Assembly: GCA_947259195.1 (NCBI GenBank)
Contig: CAMYLC010000067.1
Span: 18,070 to 82,069 of the forward strand
Direction of reading: 5' to 3'
DNA from: Thermoanaerobaculia bacterium
GTDB lineage: Bacteria; Acidobacteriota; Thermoanaerobaculia; Multivoradales; JAHEKO01
Length of the DNA stretch: 64,000 nt
Made by a program: the position numbers and the translations under genes. Within the stretch, counting starts at the first letter, position 1; every line of letters begins with the position of its first letter. Of this stretch, positions 1-9,452 are shown piece after piece. The notes under the pieces are model-generated. The model saw nothing but the letters and a program-made list of their open reading frames with translations. It had not been told where the DNA came from and made no database searches.

Positions 1-1
1 G

Positions 2-2227
2 CGCGATGTCTTCAACGCCCACCTCGAGAAGAAACTGGTGCAAGTCGCAGCGATGGAGGAGGGCTATCTGCCGCTGGTGGATCCACTGCGCGACGGGGGA
101 CAGCCTCTGCTGGGCAATCCCAATTCGGTGGCGCTTTATCCCGACAACCTGCTCTTCCTGGTGGCCTCCCCATTCTGGGCGCTCAATGCTCATTTCTGGG
201 TACACCTGCTGCTGGCCCCGTTCAGCGCTTACTGGCTGGCCAGAAGTTGGGGGTTTCGAAGGGAGGCGGCGTGGGCGGCAGGGGTGTGTTTTGCGGGTAG
301 CGGCTACTTCCTGTCGACATTGAACCTGTACAACCTGGTGGCTGGAGTGGCTCTGACGCCGGCCCTGACGGCGGCCATGATGGAGCTCTCGGGGCCGGTT
401 CTCCGATCCTCCAGGTTGGTTGCCGTGGCTGGCCTGTGGACGCTCCTGCTGCTCAGTGGAGATCCGATGACGGCGGCCGCGGCTCTGTTCCTGGCGCTCT
501 CGGCGGCGGTTTTTCGATGGGGTGTCCGTCAAGTCCGGTGGCCCCTGTCGGTTGCTGCCCTCGGGCTTGGGACTCTCATCGCGCTGCCGCAGCTGGTGGA
601 GTTCTTGAGGATCTTGCCGCTGACGTTCCGCGGCCACTGGGGCTTTACCCTGCAGCAGGCCACCGTGGCCAGTTGGGAGCCGGCGACCGTCGCCGAGCTC
701 TTGGTGCCTTTCTTCTTTGGGAAGCCCGATCTCACGTTCTGGGGAAAGAGCTTCTTCTCGGAGAATCTGCCTCTGTTTGTAACTCTCTATCCGGGCGTCT
801 TGGCTCTTGCGCTGATCGCGGTCAGTGGCAAGCCACGCAACCGGTCTGGCTGGTGGGCATGGACCATGGTGGCCCTGGGTCTGTTTCTGGTCCTCGGCAA
901 GTTCAATCCTCTCATCGGGCTGCTTTGGAAGCTCCCCGGGGCGTCGCTTCTCCGCTTGCCGGTGAAGTTCTGGCTCCTCATCGCGGTCGGCAGCTCCCTG
1001 CTGTGTGCCGCCGGATTCGAGCGGCTCTTCGCCTCAGAACGTCGGCAGCGTGATGGCTGGATCCTCACCGGGCTGACGCTCTTCTACTTCCTGACGTGGC
1101 TGGCTCTGACAGTGTTCTCTGGGCCCGTCGATGCATGGGCCAGGGGGCTGGTGCCCGACAGCTTCTCTGACCAGCTGGTCGACCACGAGCGGGTTCGCTG
1201 GGCCGGCCTTTGCCTGCTTTCCTTCGTCGCCTTGCTGATACTGGGTTTCCTTTGGCGCCTGGCAGGCAGGTGGCCGACTGTGGCTGGTGCCGCACTGCTG
1301 GCCTTCCACATGGTCTTCCAGTTCGTGGTTCTGAAGCCAGCCGTCGCCTTCGATGAGGTGGCGGAGTATCAGAAGCCATCCCCACTGTTGGATGTCGTGC
1401 CGGAAGGCGCAATTGTCATGCACGGCAAGGCCGGCGGATCTTTCGGCGATAGCGTCGTGCCGGTCTCGGAGTATCCAGACCCACGGATCCTCTGGCTTCA
1501 GAGGCAGACATTTCACGAGATCTATCCTGTTGCTGGAATCATGTACGGACGTCGCTACGAGTTCAGCGTCTCGCCGGAAGGTCTCGATTCCTTTCTGACG
1601 AGGGCTACGGGCTTTACCTTCCCCCACCAGTCGGATCTGGGCCGGGTGCGAATCCTTGCTGCCTCTGCCGTGGAGTATCTTCTTGTCGATCGCGAGCTGG
1701 ATCCAGAGACCGATCGAGAGGTGGTTCTCGTAAGAAGGGTGCCGAGCACCGGCGGTGAGATTCTCGTCTACCGGCTGGTCCACAGCGCCCCCGCCGTGCA
1801 GCTGGTCGGTCGTGTGCTACGGGCCCCACACCTGAACGCCGCACTGACCTGGATGACCTCGGACGATTTCGACCCGACCGGCATGACGGTGCTACCCGAA
1901 GGTGGCAGCGAGCTCGATGGTCCGAGTGGCTCCGTAATCGTCGAGTTGTCGGCGCCGGAAGAGCTCGAGATCTCAACCGAGTCGGTGGCGCCTGGTGCCC
2001 TGGTCGTGCAGCGAGCTTTTCTGCCTCTCTATCGTGCGACTGTGGATGGTCAGAAAGCGCCCATAGTGGCCGCCAATATCCATCGGCTCGGCATCGAGGT
2101 TCCGGCCGGCTCCCATCGCGTCAGGATCTGGATCGATCGGCGACCTCTGTGGGTGTCGAGCCTGGTGGCCCTGGCGGCCCTGGTGGCCCTGATCGGGCTG
2201 GCCTGGAGGCTGCGGGGGTCCTGCTAA
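2..2227 (+). CDS. YfhO-like polytopic membrane protein (5' partial, continues upstream of window)
   Basis: The frame is open from the window start, with no stop upstream of the Met at 38. There are many hydrophobic helices in the N-terminal ~430 aa, a large soluble C-terminal part and a final TM (LVALAALVALIGLAW). The family call rests on architecture only. Confidence 0.5.
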   Translation, partial: RDVFNAHLEKKLVQVAAMEEGYLPLVDPLRDGGQPLLGNPNSVALYPDNLLFLVASPFWALNAHFWVHLLLAPFSAYWLARSWGFRREAAWAAGVCFAGSGYFLSTLNLYNLVAGVALTPALTAAMMELSGPVLRSSRLVAVAGLWTLLLLSGDPMTAAAALFLALSAAVFRWGVRQVRWPLSVAALGLGTLIALPQLVEFLRILPLTFRGHWGFTLQQATVASWEPATVAELLVPFFFGKPDLTFWGKSFFSENLPLFVTLYPGVLALALIAVSGKPRNRSGWWAWTMVALGLFLVLGKFNPLIGLLWKLPGASLLRLPVKFWLLIAVGSSLLCAAGFERLFASERRQRDGWILTGLTLFYFLTWLALTVFSGPVDAWARGLVPDSFSDQLVDHERVRWAGLCLLSFVALLILGFLWRLAGRWPTVAGAALLAFHMVFQFVVLKPAVAFDEVAEYQKPSPLLDVVPEGAIVMHGKAGGSFGDSVVPVSEYPDPRILWLQRQTFHEIYPVAGIMYGRRYEFSVSPEGLDSFLTRATGFTFPHQSDLGRVRILAASAVEYLLVDRELDPETDREVVLVRRVPSTGGEILVYRLVHSAPAVQLVGRVLRAPHLNAALTWMTSDDFDPTGMTVLPEGGSELDGPSGSVIVELSAPEELEISTESVAPGALVVQRAFLPLYRATVDGQKAPIVAANIHRLGIEVPAGSHRVRIWIDRRPLWVSSLVALAALVALIGLAWRLRGSC

Positions 2228-2318
2228 GATGCGCCTGTCGGTCAACCGAGCTTCCATGTGACTTTGGACCGCAACGCTGCGATCGGTTTCCTCCATCCCC
2301 GAGCGTTGACTCCCAGGT

Positions 2319-3863
2319 ATGACGCAATCGACTCCAGCAAGGGAATTCAAGAAGGTCCTGGTGGCCAATCGCGGCGAGATAGCCGTGCGAGTCATCCGAG
2401 CGCTGCGTGATGAGGGCATCGGCAGCGCGGTGATCTACTCCGATCCCGACCGCCAGGGGCTTGCCGTTCTGCTGGCCGACGAGGCCTACCGGATCGGTCC
2501 GGCAGCGTCGCGGGACAGCTACCTGCAAGGTCCGGCGATTGTCGAGCTGGCACAGAGGATCGGTGCCGACGCGATTCATCCCGGCTATGGTTTTCTGGCG
2601 GAGAACGCTGAGTTCGCCGGACTCTGTCAGGCGGCAGGGGTGTGCTTCATCGGACCCTCTTCCGCTGCCATGGCGGCCATGGGGTCCAAGATCGAGAGCC
2701 GTCGCCTGATAACGGAGGCCGGGGTTCCGATCGTGCCTGGTGGCACCGATGTGCTCGGAACGATGGACGAGGCCGTGGCCTTTGCCAATGAGATCGGTTA
2801 TCCGGTCATGCTCAAGGCGTCGGCCGGCGGCGGCGGCAAAGGGATGCGGCTGGTGCTCGAGCCCGACGCGCTCGAGGGCGCCTATCGCGCTGCGCGTTCC
2901 GAAGCCGGTGCGAGCTTCGGCGACGACACGGTCTACATGGAGAAGTACATCGAGCAGCCGCGACATGTGGAGGTTCAGATTCTCGGCGACGAGCACGGCA
3001 AAGTCGTAGCTCTGGGCGAGCGAGAGTGCTCCCTGCAGCGCCGACATCAGAAGGTGGTGGAGGAGTCCCCGTCACCGGTGGTGACGCCCGAAATGCGGCA
3101 ACAGATGTGCACCGCGGCGGTGAAGGCGGCACAGGCGGTCGGGTACACCAATGCCGGGACGGTGGAGTTCCTTTTGGCAACTAGCGGTGAGTTCTACTTC
3201 CTGGAAATGAACACCCGGTTGCAGGTAGAGCATCCGGTAACCGAGATGGTTACCGGTCTCGACCTGGTTCGCGCTCAACTGGACATTGCCCAGGGCCGGC
3301 GTCTGGGGGAGGAGTTCGACGGGCTGCAGCCAAATGGCCATGCCATCGAGGTGCGACTCTATGCCGAGGATCCGTACCATGGCTTTGTCCCCTCGCCGGG
3401 CAGGATCGAGCGCTTGCGTTGGCCCGAAGGGCCCGGGATTCGCAACGACGCGGGGGTCTACGAGGGGGCCGAGGTGTCGATTCACTATGACCCCATGCTG
3501 GCGAAGTTGATCGTCTGGGGTAGCGATCGGTCGCAAGCGATGGATCGCCTGGCCAGGGCTCTGGCCGAGCTGCGAATCGAGGGTATCTGCACTACCGTGC
3601 CGCTCTTCAGGGCCCTGTTGAAAGACAAGGACTTCCGCGCCGGCAATCTCGACATCGGCATGCTCGATCGGAAACTGGCGGCCGGTGAGTTGGCTCCGGA
3701 ACGACACTCGGAATTCGAAGATCTCGCCGTGATCGCGGCCTCCCTCGAACACCTGGCCAAGCAGGCGCGGGTCTCCGGCTCCCCTGTTCAGCAGGGAGGG
3801 CTGAGAAGTCAGTGGCGCCAGACTGGGCGCCGGGAGTCTCTGCGGGGTGAGCCATGGAGTTGA
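2319..3863 (+). CDS. accC: Biotin carboxylase subunit (ATP-grasp) of an acyl-CoA/acetyl-CoA carboxylase
   Basis: 514-aa ORF. Hallmark motifs: KKVLVANRGEIAVRVIRA, MLKASAGGGGKGMR glycine loop, EMNTRLQVEHPVTE. Confidence 0.85.
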   Translation: MTQSTPAREFKKVLVANRGEIAVRVIRALRDEGIGSAVIYSDPDRQGLAVLLADEAYRIGPAASRDSYLQGPAIVELAQRIGADAIHPGYGFLAENAEFAGLCQAAGVCFIGPSSAAMAAMGSKIESRRLITEAGVPIVPGGTDVLGTMDEAVAFANEIGYPVMLKASAGGGGKGMRLVLEPDALEGAYRAARSEAGASFGDDTVYMEKYIEQPRHVEVQILGDEHGKVVALGERECSLQRRHQKVVEESPSPVVTPEMRQQMCTAAVKAAQAVGYTNAGTVEFLLATSGEFYFLEMNTRLQVEHPVTEMVTGLDLVRAQLDIAQGRRLGEEFDGLQPNGHAIEVRLYAEDPYHGFVPSPGRIERLRWPEGPGIRNDAGVYEGAEVSIHYDPMLAKLIVWGSDRSQAMDRLARALAELRIEGICTTVPLFRALLKDKDFRAGNLDIGMLDRKLAAGELAPERHSEFEDLAVIAASLEHLAKQARVSGSPVQQGGLRSQWRQTGRRESLRGEPWS

Positions 3864-4357
3864 TCGTTCTCAGCAATGGTCACGAGGCGAGAGTGGAATT
3901 GGAGCACCTGGGATCGGGGATCGAGGTCAAGATCGAGGACAGGAGATACCTCGTCGACACCGTTGCCACCAACGGTGCGGTCCGCAGCCTGATCATCGAG
4001 GGTCGGCAGTTCGAGGTCGCTGTTCGGAGTCGCGAGGAAAGCCGCTATCAGATCAGCTATCGTGGATCGATCGAAGAGGTGGAGGTCCTCGATCCCCTGA
4101 CCCATCTGGCCAGACAGGGCTTCGATAGTCGGAGCCAGGAGGGCCTGGGAAGGGTGACCGCCTACATGCCAGGGCGGGTCGTGGAGCTTCTCGTTCAGGA
4201 AGGCGACGAGGTCACGGTGGGCCAGGGCCTGGTCGTGCTCGAAGCCATGAAGATGGAGAACGAGATCCAGGCCGAACGGGCTGGTGTCGTCAAGAAGGTC
4301 TTCGTCTCTGCGGGTCAACCGGTCGAAGGGGGAGATCCCCTGTTTGAATTGGGTTGA
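3854..4357 (+). CDS. Biotin carboxyl carrier (biotinyl/lipoyl domain) protein
   Basis: 167-aa ORF overlapping the biotin carboxylase end by 10 nt. C-terminal biotinyl domain with VVLEAMKMENEI (AMKM biotinylation motif). Confidence 0.8.
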   Translation: MELIVLSNGHEARVELEHLGSGIEVKIEDRRYLVDTVATNGAVRSLIIEGRQFEVAVRSREESRYQISYRGSIEEVEVLDPLTHLARQGFDSRSQEGLGRVTAYMPGRVVELLVQEGDEVTVGQGLVVLEAMKMENEIQAERAGVVKKVFVSAGQPVEGGDPLFELG

Positions 4358-4525
4358 GGCGCCCAGCGCTATGCGCCGGGCGGTCTTTGAGGGCCTGGGG
4401 TTGAGAAGGCCGTCGTACCTCCGGCCTATCTTTGAGGGCTTGGGGTCATGGGACCTGGGGCCTCGGCAGATGACCACGATCTTGTGAGGTCAGCCCGAGG
4501 AGCAGGATCCCAGCGCCTCAACCCC
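4351..4525. repeat. Mosaic intergenic repeat cluster, locus 1 of 4 (convergent junction, BCCP gene -> <- heptosyltransferase)
   Basis: Contains CTTTGAGGGCCTGGGGTTGA (4385-4404) and CTTTGAGGGCTTGGGG (4430-4445). A ~60-nt module at 4455-4514 matches the reverse complement of 24803-24862 at roughly 54 of 60 positions by eye. Terminal GGGTTGAGG / CCTCAACCCC motifs are present. Confidence 0.8.
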
Positions 4526-5574
4526 TATTGCGAGCCTTCGAGGGAGTCGAGAAGGTGGGCGCTCGTCTCAACCACTCGATCGACGCTCAGATCCCGCATG
4601 CAGCGGTGGTGGATCAGGGGGCAACGTTTTCGGAAGCAGGGTGAGCACCAGCGGTCGGTGTAGAGCACCTGGTGCTCGGGGCCAACGGGTCGGGTGCGAG
4701 TAGGGTCGGTGGGACCGAAGAGCGCGACGCAGGCAACTCCCAGCCCTGCCGCCAAATGCATCGGTCCCGAGTCGTTCGTGACGAGCAGGTCGAGTTGGTC
4801 GAGTACCGCAGCCAGATCGGCCAGGTCCAGGTCGGGTCCAACCACGGGGTGGATCTTGCCGGTCTCCTCGTGGATTCTGACCGCCAGCCAGAGCTCCTTG
4901 GGACCGGCGATGAGAACGATTCGCACGTCAGGTCGGGTGCGTCGGAGATCGCGCGCCAGCGCCACGAAACGCCGCCACGGCCATCGCTTGCTGGGGCCGA
5001 ACTCAGCGCCGGTAAAGAGTCCAACGACGGGTGCCGGGCCTGGAGCTAGCCGTGCCCGAGCGAGCAGGTCCCGCCCGGCCGTCTGTGCCTCTTGGGAAAG
5101 GCTAAGGTGAGGCTGCCAAAGGTTCGGCACCGGGGCGTCCATCGCTTCCAGCAGTTCCTGGTAGTCGGCCGACTGATGACGACCAGAGACCTTGGGTCGC
5201 CTCACCGAGGGTTTCAGAAGTGGTGACCGGAAAGACCAGGAAGGGAATCGGCCGCCGTAGCCCCATCGCGTGGGTACTCTGGCCCGGAATGGCAGCCAAG
5301 CAGAGCGAAAGGAGTTCGGCAAGATCACGGCCTCGTCGAATCTCTGCGCGCGCATCGCTTCGACCGTTTGCTCGTCAGAGGTGCTACGAGTCAGCGAGTC
5401 GCTGACGCTGGGCATCAGACTCAGCAGTGATCGCAGGTGGGGTCGGGCCAGGACCTTCACTTTTCTGCCACTGGCGGCGAGGGCCTCGAAGACGGGCTGG
5501 GCAAGAACGGTGTCGCCCACCCAGTTGGGAGCGATGACCACGGTTTCCATGGTGGTAGAGGTCTCTCCGGGCAC
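4525..5574 (-). CDS. ADP-heptose:LPS heptosyltransferase (glycosyltransferase family 9, RfaF/WaaF-like)
   Basis: 349-aa ORF. N-terminal PNWVGDTVLAQPVFEAL and C-terminal VTNDSGPMHLAAGLGVACVALFGPTDP are typical of GT9 heptosyltransferases. It sits next to lpxK and waaA. Confidence 0.8.
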   Translation of the reverse strand: MPGETSTTMETVVIAPNWVGDTVLAQPVFEALAASGRKVKVLARPHLRSLLSLMPSVSDSLTRSTSDEQTVEAMRAQRFDEAVILPNSFRSAWLPFRARVPTRWGYGGRFPSWSFRSPLLKPSVRRPKVSGRHQSADYQELLEAMDAPVPNLWQPHLSLSQEAQTAGRDLLARARLAPGPAPVVGLFTGAEFGPSKRWPWRRFVALARDLRRTRPDVRIVLIAGPKELWLAVRIHEETGKIHPVVGPDLDLADLAAVLDQLDLLVTNDSGPMHLAAGLGVACVALFGPTDPTRTRPVGPEHQVLYTDRWCSPCFRKRCPLIHHRCMRDLSVDRVVETSAHLLDSLEGSQ

Positions 5575-5600
5575 CGCAGAATAGTACAGGAGGTCGAAAG

Positions 5601-6635
5601 TCAGCTCATGGCCGCTATCTGCTGATCGAGGCGCATGTCGAGCCAGGTCCAGAACTCCTCCTCTGGATCAGCCCGAACAGGCAGGCTGGCAAGAGGGCTA
5701 TCCAGACGCCCCAGGAGCTTGACCTCGTCTTTGGTAGTCGTCAGCACCGCCACCGCGCGAGAGTCTTCGAATGCCTCTTCGATGCTGCTCAGGCTGGAGG
5801 AGGGGTAGTCGTGGTGGTCCGGAAAGGTAAGAGTCTCTGCGACTTCGAGGTCGAACAGCCGGGCTGCCTCGAGAAAGCGCTGGGGTCGGGCGATCGCAGC
5901 GACCAACAGCACCCGCGATCCCTCCGGCAGCGCCCCTCCGGCTGCCAGTCGAGGTGCCTCGATACGAGTCGGTGAGCTGAATCCGGGGCCCTCGAAGCCG
6001 AAGTCCCGCAAAGCCGTCGCGATATCAGAGCCGGCCAGTTCGGTATCTCCAGTGAGGATAACCGCATCGGCTCTGCGGACTGCCGACAACGGTTCGCGCA
6101 GCCGTCCACCAGGAAGCAGTCGCCCGCCAGCAAACGGATCGTCAGAAGGAAAGGCCAGCAGATCGATATCTCTGAAGAGTCGTAGGTGAGAGAAGCCGTC
6201 GTCGAGAACGAAGACCTGCGGAGCGGGGTCCAGGCGTTCCAGTGCGTGCCGACCGACTTCGAAACGATCAGGGCCGACCAGTACCGATACGCCGGGCAGA
6301 GAGCCAGCCAGCAGCACGGGTTCATCTCCGGCAACCTTGGGGCCGAGCAACGGCCCGTCGCCAGCGCTGACGATCCGCACCCCTCTGCCTCGGCTCCGAT
6401 ATCCCCGCGAGAGAATCGCAGTACGCATTCCCCGATCCCTTAGATGGCCTGCAATGGCGGCCACCAACGGAGTCTTCCCGGTGCCTCCCCAGTGCAGATT
6501 GCCAACGCTTACCACCGGCCTCGGGAGCCGCTTCGAACGTCTCGCGAACCATCGCCAGCGAGCGGAGTGAGCGGCGCCATAGAGCAGCTGCCAGGGCGAT
6601 CGGGAGGGTATGGGTCGGGGCAGAACAGTACTCAT
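5601..6635 (-). CDS. lpxK: Tetraacyldisaccharide 4'-kinase
   Basis: 344-aa ORF with the LpxK P-loop VVSVGNLHWGGTGKTPLV. Adjacent to waaA. Confidence 0.85.
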   Translation of the reverse strand: MSTVLPRPIPSRSPWQLLYGAAHSARWRWFARRSKRLPRPVVSVGNLHWGGTGKTPLVAAIAGHLRDRGMRTAILSRGYRSRGRGVRIVSAGDGPLLGPKVAGDEPVLLAGSLPGVSVLVGPDRFEVGRHALERLDPAPQVFVLDDGFSHLRLFRDIDLLAFPSDDPFAGGRLLPGGRLREPLSAVRRADAVILTGDTELAGSDIATALRDFGFEGPGFSSPTRIEAPRLAAGGALPEGSRVLLVAAIARPQRFLEAARLFDLEVAETLTFPDHHDYPSSSLSSIEEAFEDSRAVAVLTTTKDEVKLLGRLDSPLASLPVRADPEEEFWTWLDMRLDQQIAAMS

Positions 6636-6650
6636 GGGGCCTACCAGCCT

Positions 6651-7910
6651 TCAATCCGTTTCTGCCTTGTCGAGCGCCAGGAGAGGCCGAAGAAAGGTCA
6701 ACGTGTTCTCCAATGCGCCCCTGTTTTCGGCGACGACCTCGGCACCTCGTCGGCCGATCCGACGTGCCGCCTCGGGGTCATCCAGCCATTGCTCCCAGAC
6801 TGTGGCCAGCTGCGCTGCATCTGCAGCTCTTTCCCACGCGGCAGCGCGATCGAAGATCTCCGCGATCTCTCGAAAATTCTCCATCGATGGACCGACGACG
6901 GTCGGTACTCCAAAGCGCGCCGCCTCCAGTGGGTTGTGACCCCCGGTCGGAACCAGTGTCCCACCGATGAAGGCAGCATCGGCCACCCGGTACAGAGCTG
7001 CCAGCTCACCGAGGCTGTCCAGTAGTACCACATCGGGTCGCTCACCTGAGGTCCACTGCGAACGGCGTAGCACCACCAGGTCCCTTCGCTGCAGAAGATC
7101 TTCAACTTCGTTGCATCTTTCTGGATGGCGCGGAGCCACAACCAGGAGGGCGCGTTTTCCACCGCCAAGCTGTCCAAAACTGTCCAGGACAAGGCCTTCT
7201 TCGCCGTGCATCGTAGAGCCAGCGATGAGAATCTGTCGCCCTGCGGCGAGCTCGGTGAGTCTGGATTCCAGTGAGGGCCGCGGCGCGACCTCGGAGGGTT
7301 CGAACTTCAAGTTGCCGGTGCGTCGTACGCGTTTGGCGGAGACCCCTAGCTCGATCAGGCGTCGCCGGTCCTCATCGGTCTGGACCGCGAAGCCGTCGAC
7401 CCGCCCCAGAAGAGGACCGAGCAGCGGTCGCAGGCGTTTCATCCGTCGGAAGCTGCGGTCGCTGATTCTGCCGTTCACCACAGCCACCGGTAGACGTCTT
7501 CTCTTTACCCGTGCCAGGAGCAGTGGCCAGAGATCTCCTTCGACCAGGATCAGAGACTGGGGTCTGAAGCGCCTCAGGAAGGGCTGAATGGCGAGATCGG
7601 TCTCGTAAGGCAGGTAGGAAATGGCGGCCCGGTCTCCGAGCAGGTCTTGTGCGCGCTCTTGGCCGGTGGGCGTTATTGTGGTCACGAGCAGCGGTTGTTC
7701 GGGGGGTAGCGCTTGGATCAGGGTGGCTGCCACCCCGACTTCTCCCACCGATACGGCGTGTAGCCAGAGAGGACTGTGCGGGACTGGGCCGCCGTAGAAG
7801 GCCAGACGCCCCGGTATGGTCCTCAGGTAGTGCCGACCGCGTTGTACCAGCAAGAAGGGTGCGGCGAGGATCATGGCCAACATGGCGACCAACTGATAGA
7901 CAATCCACAT
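6651..7910 (-). CDS. waaA: 3-deoxy-D-manno-octulosonic acid (Kdo) transferase
   Basis: 419-aa ORF with an N-terminal TM. Motifs WLHAVSVGEVGVAATLIQAL and the C-terminal GGTLVPTGGHNPLEAA are typical of KdtA/WaaA. Confidence 0.85.
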   Translation of the reverse strand: MWIVYQLVAMLAMILAAPFLLVQRGRHYLRTIPGRLAFYGGPVPHSPLWLHAVSVGEVGVAATLIQALPPEQPLLVTTITPTGQERAQDLLGDRAAISYLPYETDLAIQPFLRRFRPQSLILVEGDLWPLLLARVKRRRLPVAVVNGRISDRSFRRMKRLRPLLGPLLGRVDGFAVQTDEDRRRLIELGVSAKRVRRTGNLKFEPSEVAPRPSLESRLTELAAGRQILIAGSTMHGEEGLVLDSFGQLGGGKRALLVVAPRHPERCNEVEDLLQRRDLVVLRRSQWTSGERPDVVLLDSLGELAALYRVADAAFIGGTLVPTGGHNPLEAARFGVPTVVGPSMENFREIAEIFDRAAAWERAADAAQLATVWEQWLDDPEAARRIGRRGAEVVAENRGALENTLTFLRPLLALDKAETD

Positions 7911-8200
7911 GGCTACTTGTCGCTACGACCCTGGACGCGGCATCCAGTCCTATAATTCATCACTACCGGCGGCGGTGTCCGACATGCCTGCGAAACCCCA
8001 TAGTCACGAAATCAGAGGCCGTCGTGGCATCGGCATTCTAGCCCCATTCCCGCTAGGGCCCGCTGAGAACTCCGCGGATTTGGGAATGCAGCGGCAAATG
8101 GGGAGTGATCCACCGAACCATTGCGTCCTCCGGTGGGCAAAGTCTAGGCCGCGACTAGATGCTGACGGACTTCCGTTCGTAAGAGTATAGGGACCTGACC

Positions 8201-8842
8201 ATGCCTTCTCTCGTCCGTACTTCACCCGACAAGCGACCCTCCTGGCTGGAGGTTTCGGATCGGCACCTCATGAAAGCCCTCCAGCAGGATGAAGAGGGGG
8301 CTCTCGATGAGTTGATCGCTCGAAAATCACCCGGCCTAATGAGCGTGGCCGGCCGAATGCTGGGTGACGCGGAGGAGGCCAGGGACATCGTGCAGATCAC
8401 CTTTGTCAGGGTCTGGGAGCACCGACACGAGTTCCGGGATCGATGGAGCCCAAATACCTGGATCTACCGGATAGCCACCAACTTGACGATCGATCATCTG
8501 CGGGCCCGGCAACGACGAGAGCGAGCCTTGGGTCTGGCCGGTTTGTCACTGCGGGCAGTGGACAGCGAGAGGAGAAGCCTGGCTGAGCTCGAGCAGCGAG
8601 AGGTCGAGGAGATATTCCTCAAGCTCGTCGGCTGCCTCAGCAGTCGCCAACGAGTCGTATTCGTGTTGCGAGCGATTGAGGGCTTCGACACCAAGGAAGT
8701 TGCGGCCATGGTCGGCTGCAGAGCCTCGACTGTCCGCAATCACCTGTTCGTGGCCCGACGCAAGCTGAAGCGAGAGCTCGAGGCCTGTTTCCCCGAGTAC
8801 TCCCCGGGCTCGCCGATCGATTCGATGAGAGAGGACCCGTGA
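8201..8842 (+). CDS. ECF-type RNA polymerase sigma-70 family factor
   Basis: 213-aa ORF. Region 2 (DIVQITFVRVWEHRHEF...WIYRIATNLTIDHLR) and region 4 HTH (KEVAAMVGCRASTVRNHLFVARRKLK). A 4-nt overlap couples it to the downstream anti-sigma ORF. Confidence 0.85.
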   Translation: MPSLVRTSPDKRPSWLEVSDRHLMKALQQDEEGALDELIARKSPGLMSVAGRMLGDAEEARDIVQITFVRVWEHRHEFRDRWSPNTWIYRIATNLTIDHLRARQRRERALGLAGLSLRAVDSERRSLAELEQREVEEIFLKLVGCLSSRQRVVFVLRAIEGFDTKEVAAMVGCRASTVRNHLFVARRKLKRELEACFPEYSPGSPIDSMREDP

Positions 8843-9396
8843 AGAGTAGCTGCCAGCACCTGACCGACCGGGGGATCCTGGGGCTTTTTGCCGACAGCCT
8901 CGCCGACCTCGACCTCGATCTGCGACAAGAGGTTGTCGAGCACCTACGAGCTTGTTCGTCATGTCGGCGAGCCGCTGTCGAAGAGAATCCGACGGTCGTT
9001 TTCTCACTCCTCGAGACCGACTCGATCGGCGAAGCCGAGATCGCCGAGATTCAATCCGCTGTCAGGACTCTGCGCCGGTCGAGAGCCATCGAAACGGCTG
9101 AGAGAATCAGGCCCAAAGGTGGCAGGAAGACTGCCTCGGTGGCGGCGAGTCTGGTTTTCGCCCTTGCGCTGCTGCCGCTGGCTGGTGGGCGGCCGCTCGA
9201 GGATGGCGCGGAACCGCTGGTGGATGCGGTCTCCGAGCGCCAACCGGAAGCGCGGTCTGAATGGCAGTCGTGGGTCGATGACAGGTCGGTGCCGCCAGTC
9301 ATCGAAGAGTTGAACCGCCCCGAGGCAAGGGTGTATCAGCTCACCGAAGAGGACCTTGCCGTGGTAATGATCGTGGACGAGACCTTGGATCTCTAA
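8839..9396 (+). CDS. Putative anti-sigma factor (zf-HC2 type)
   Basis: 185-aa ORF translationally coupled to the ECF sigma gene. N-terminal H-x3-C-x2-C motif (HLRACSSCRRA) and one central TM (ASVAASLVFALALLPLA). Confidence 0.6.
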   Translation: MKSSCQHLTDRGILGLFADSLADLDLDLRQEVVEHLRACSSCRRAAVEENPTVVFSLLETDSIGEAEIAEIQSAVRTLRRSRAIETAERIRPKGGRKTASVAASLVFALALLPLAGGRPLEDGAEPLVDAVSERQPEARSEWQSWVDDRSVPPVIEELNRPEARVYQLTEEDLAVVMIVDETLDL

Positions 9397-9452
9397 AGGC
9401 GTCTCAGGTGTTCAAATCTGACATGGTCGTCGAAGGGAGGAAGAGACAGTGA

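Noticed and set aside
4284-4487. Short ORFs inside repeat loci (for example 4284-4487, 24355-24621, 29208-29612, 60816-61217) encoding recurring FEGLGL / LKPSKP-like peptides.
   Set aside because: The recurring peptides simply reflect translation of the nucleotide repeat modules, which occur in both orientations and in different frames. They have no RBS or consistent start and stop, so they are treated as non-coding repeats.
7911-8200. ECF-type autoregulatory promoter (GAAC-N16/17-CGT) and a perfect TATAAT at 7951-7956 in the waaA / ECF-sigma divergent region.
   Set aside because: GAAC and CGTT-like elements are present, but their spacing does not fit ECF promoters. The TATAAT has no acceptable -35 at 16-18 bp and lies 245 nt from the sigma start. 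The evidence is too weak to annotate.
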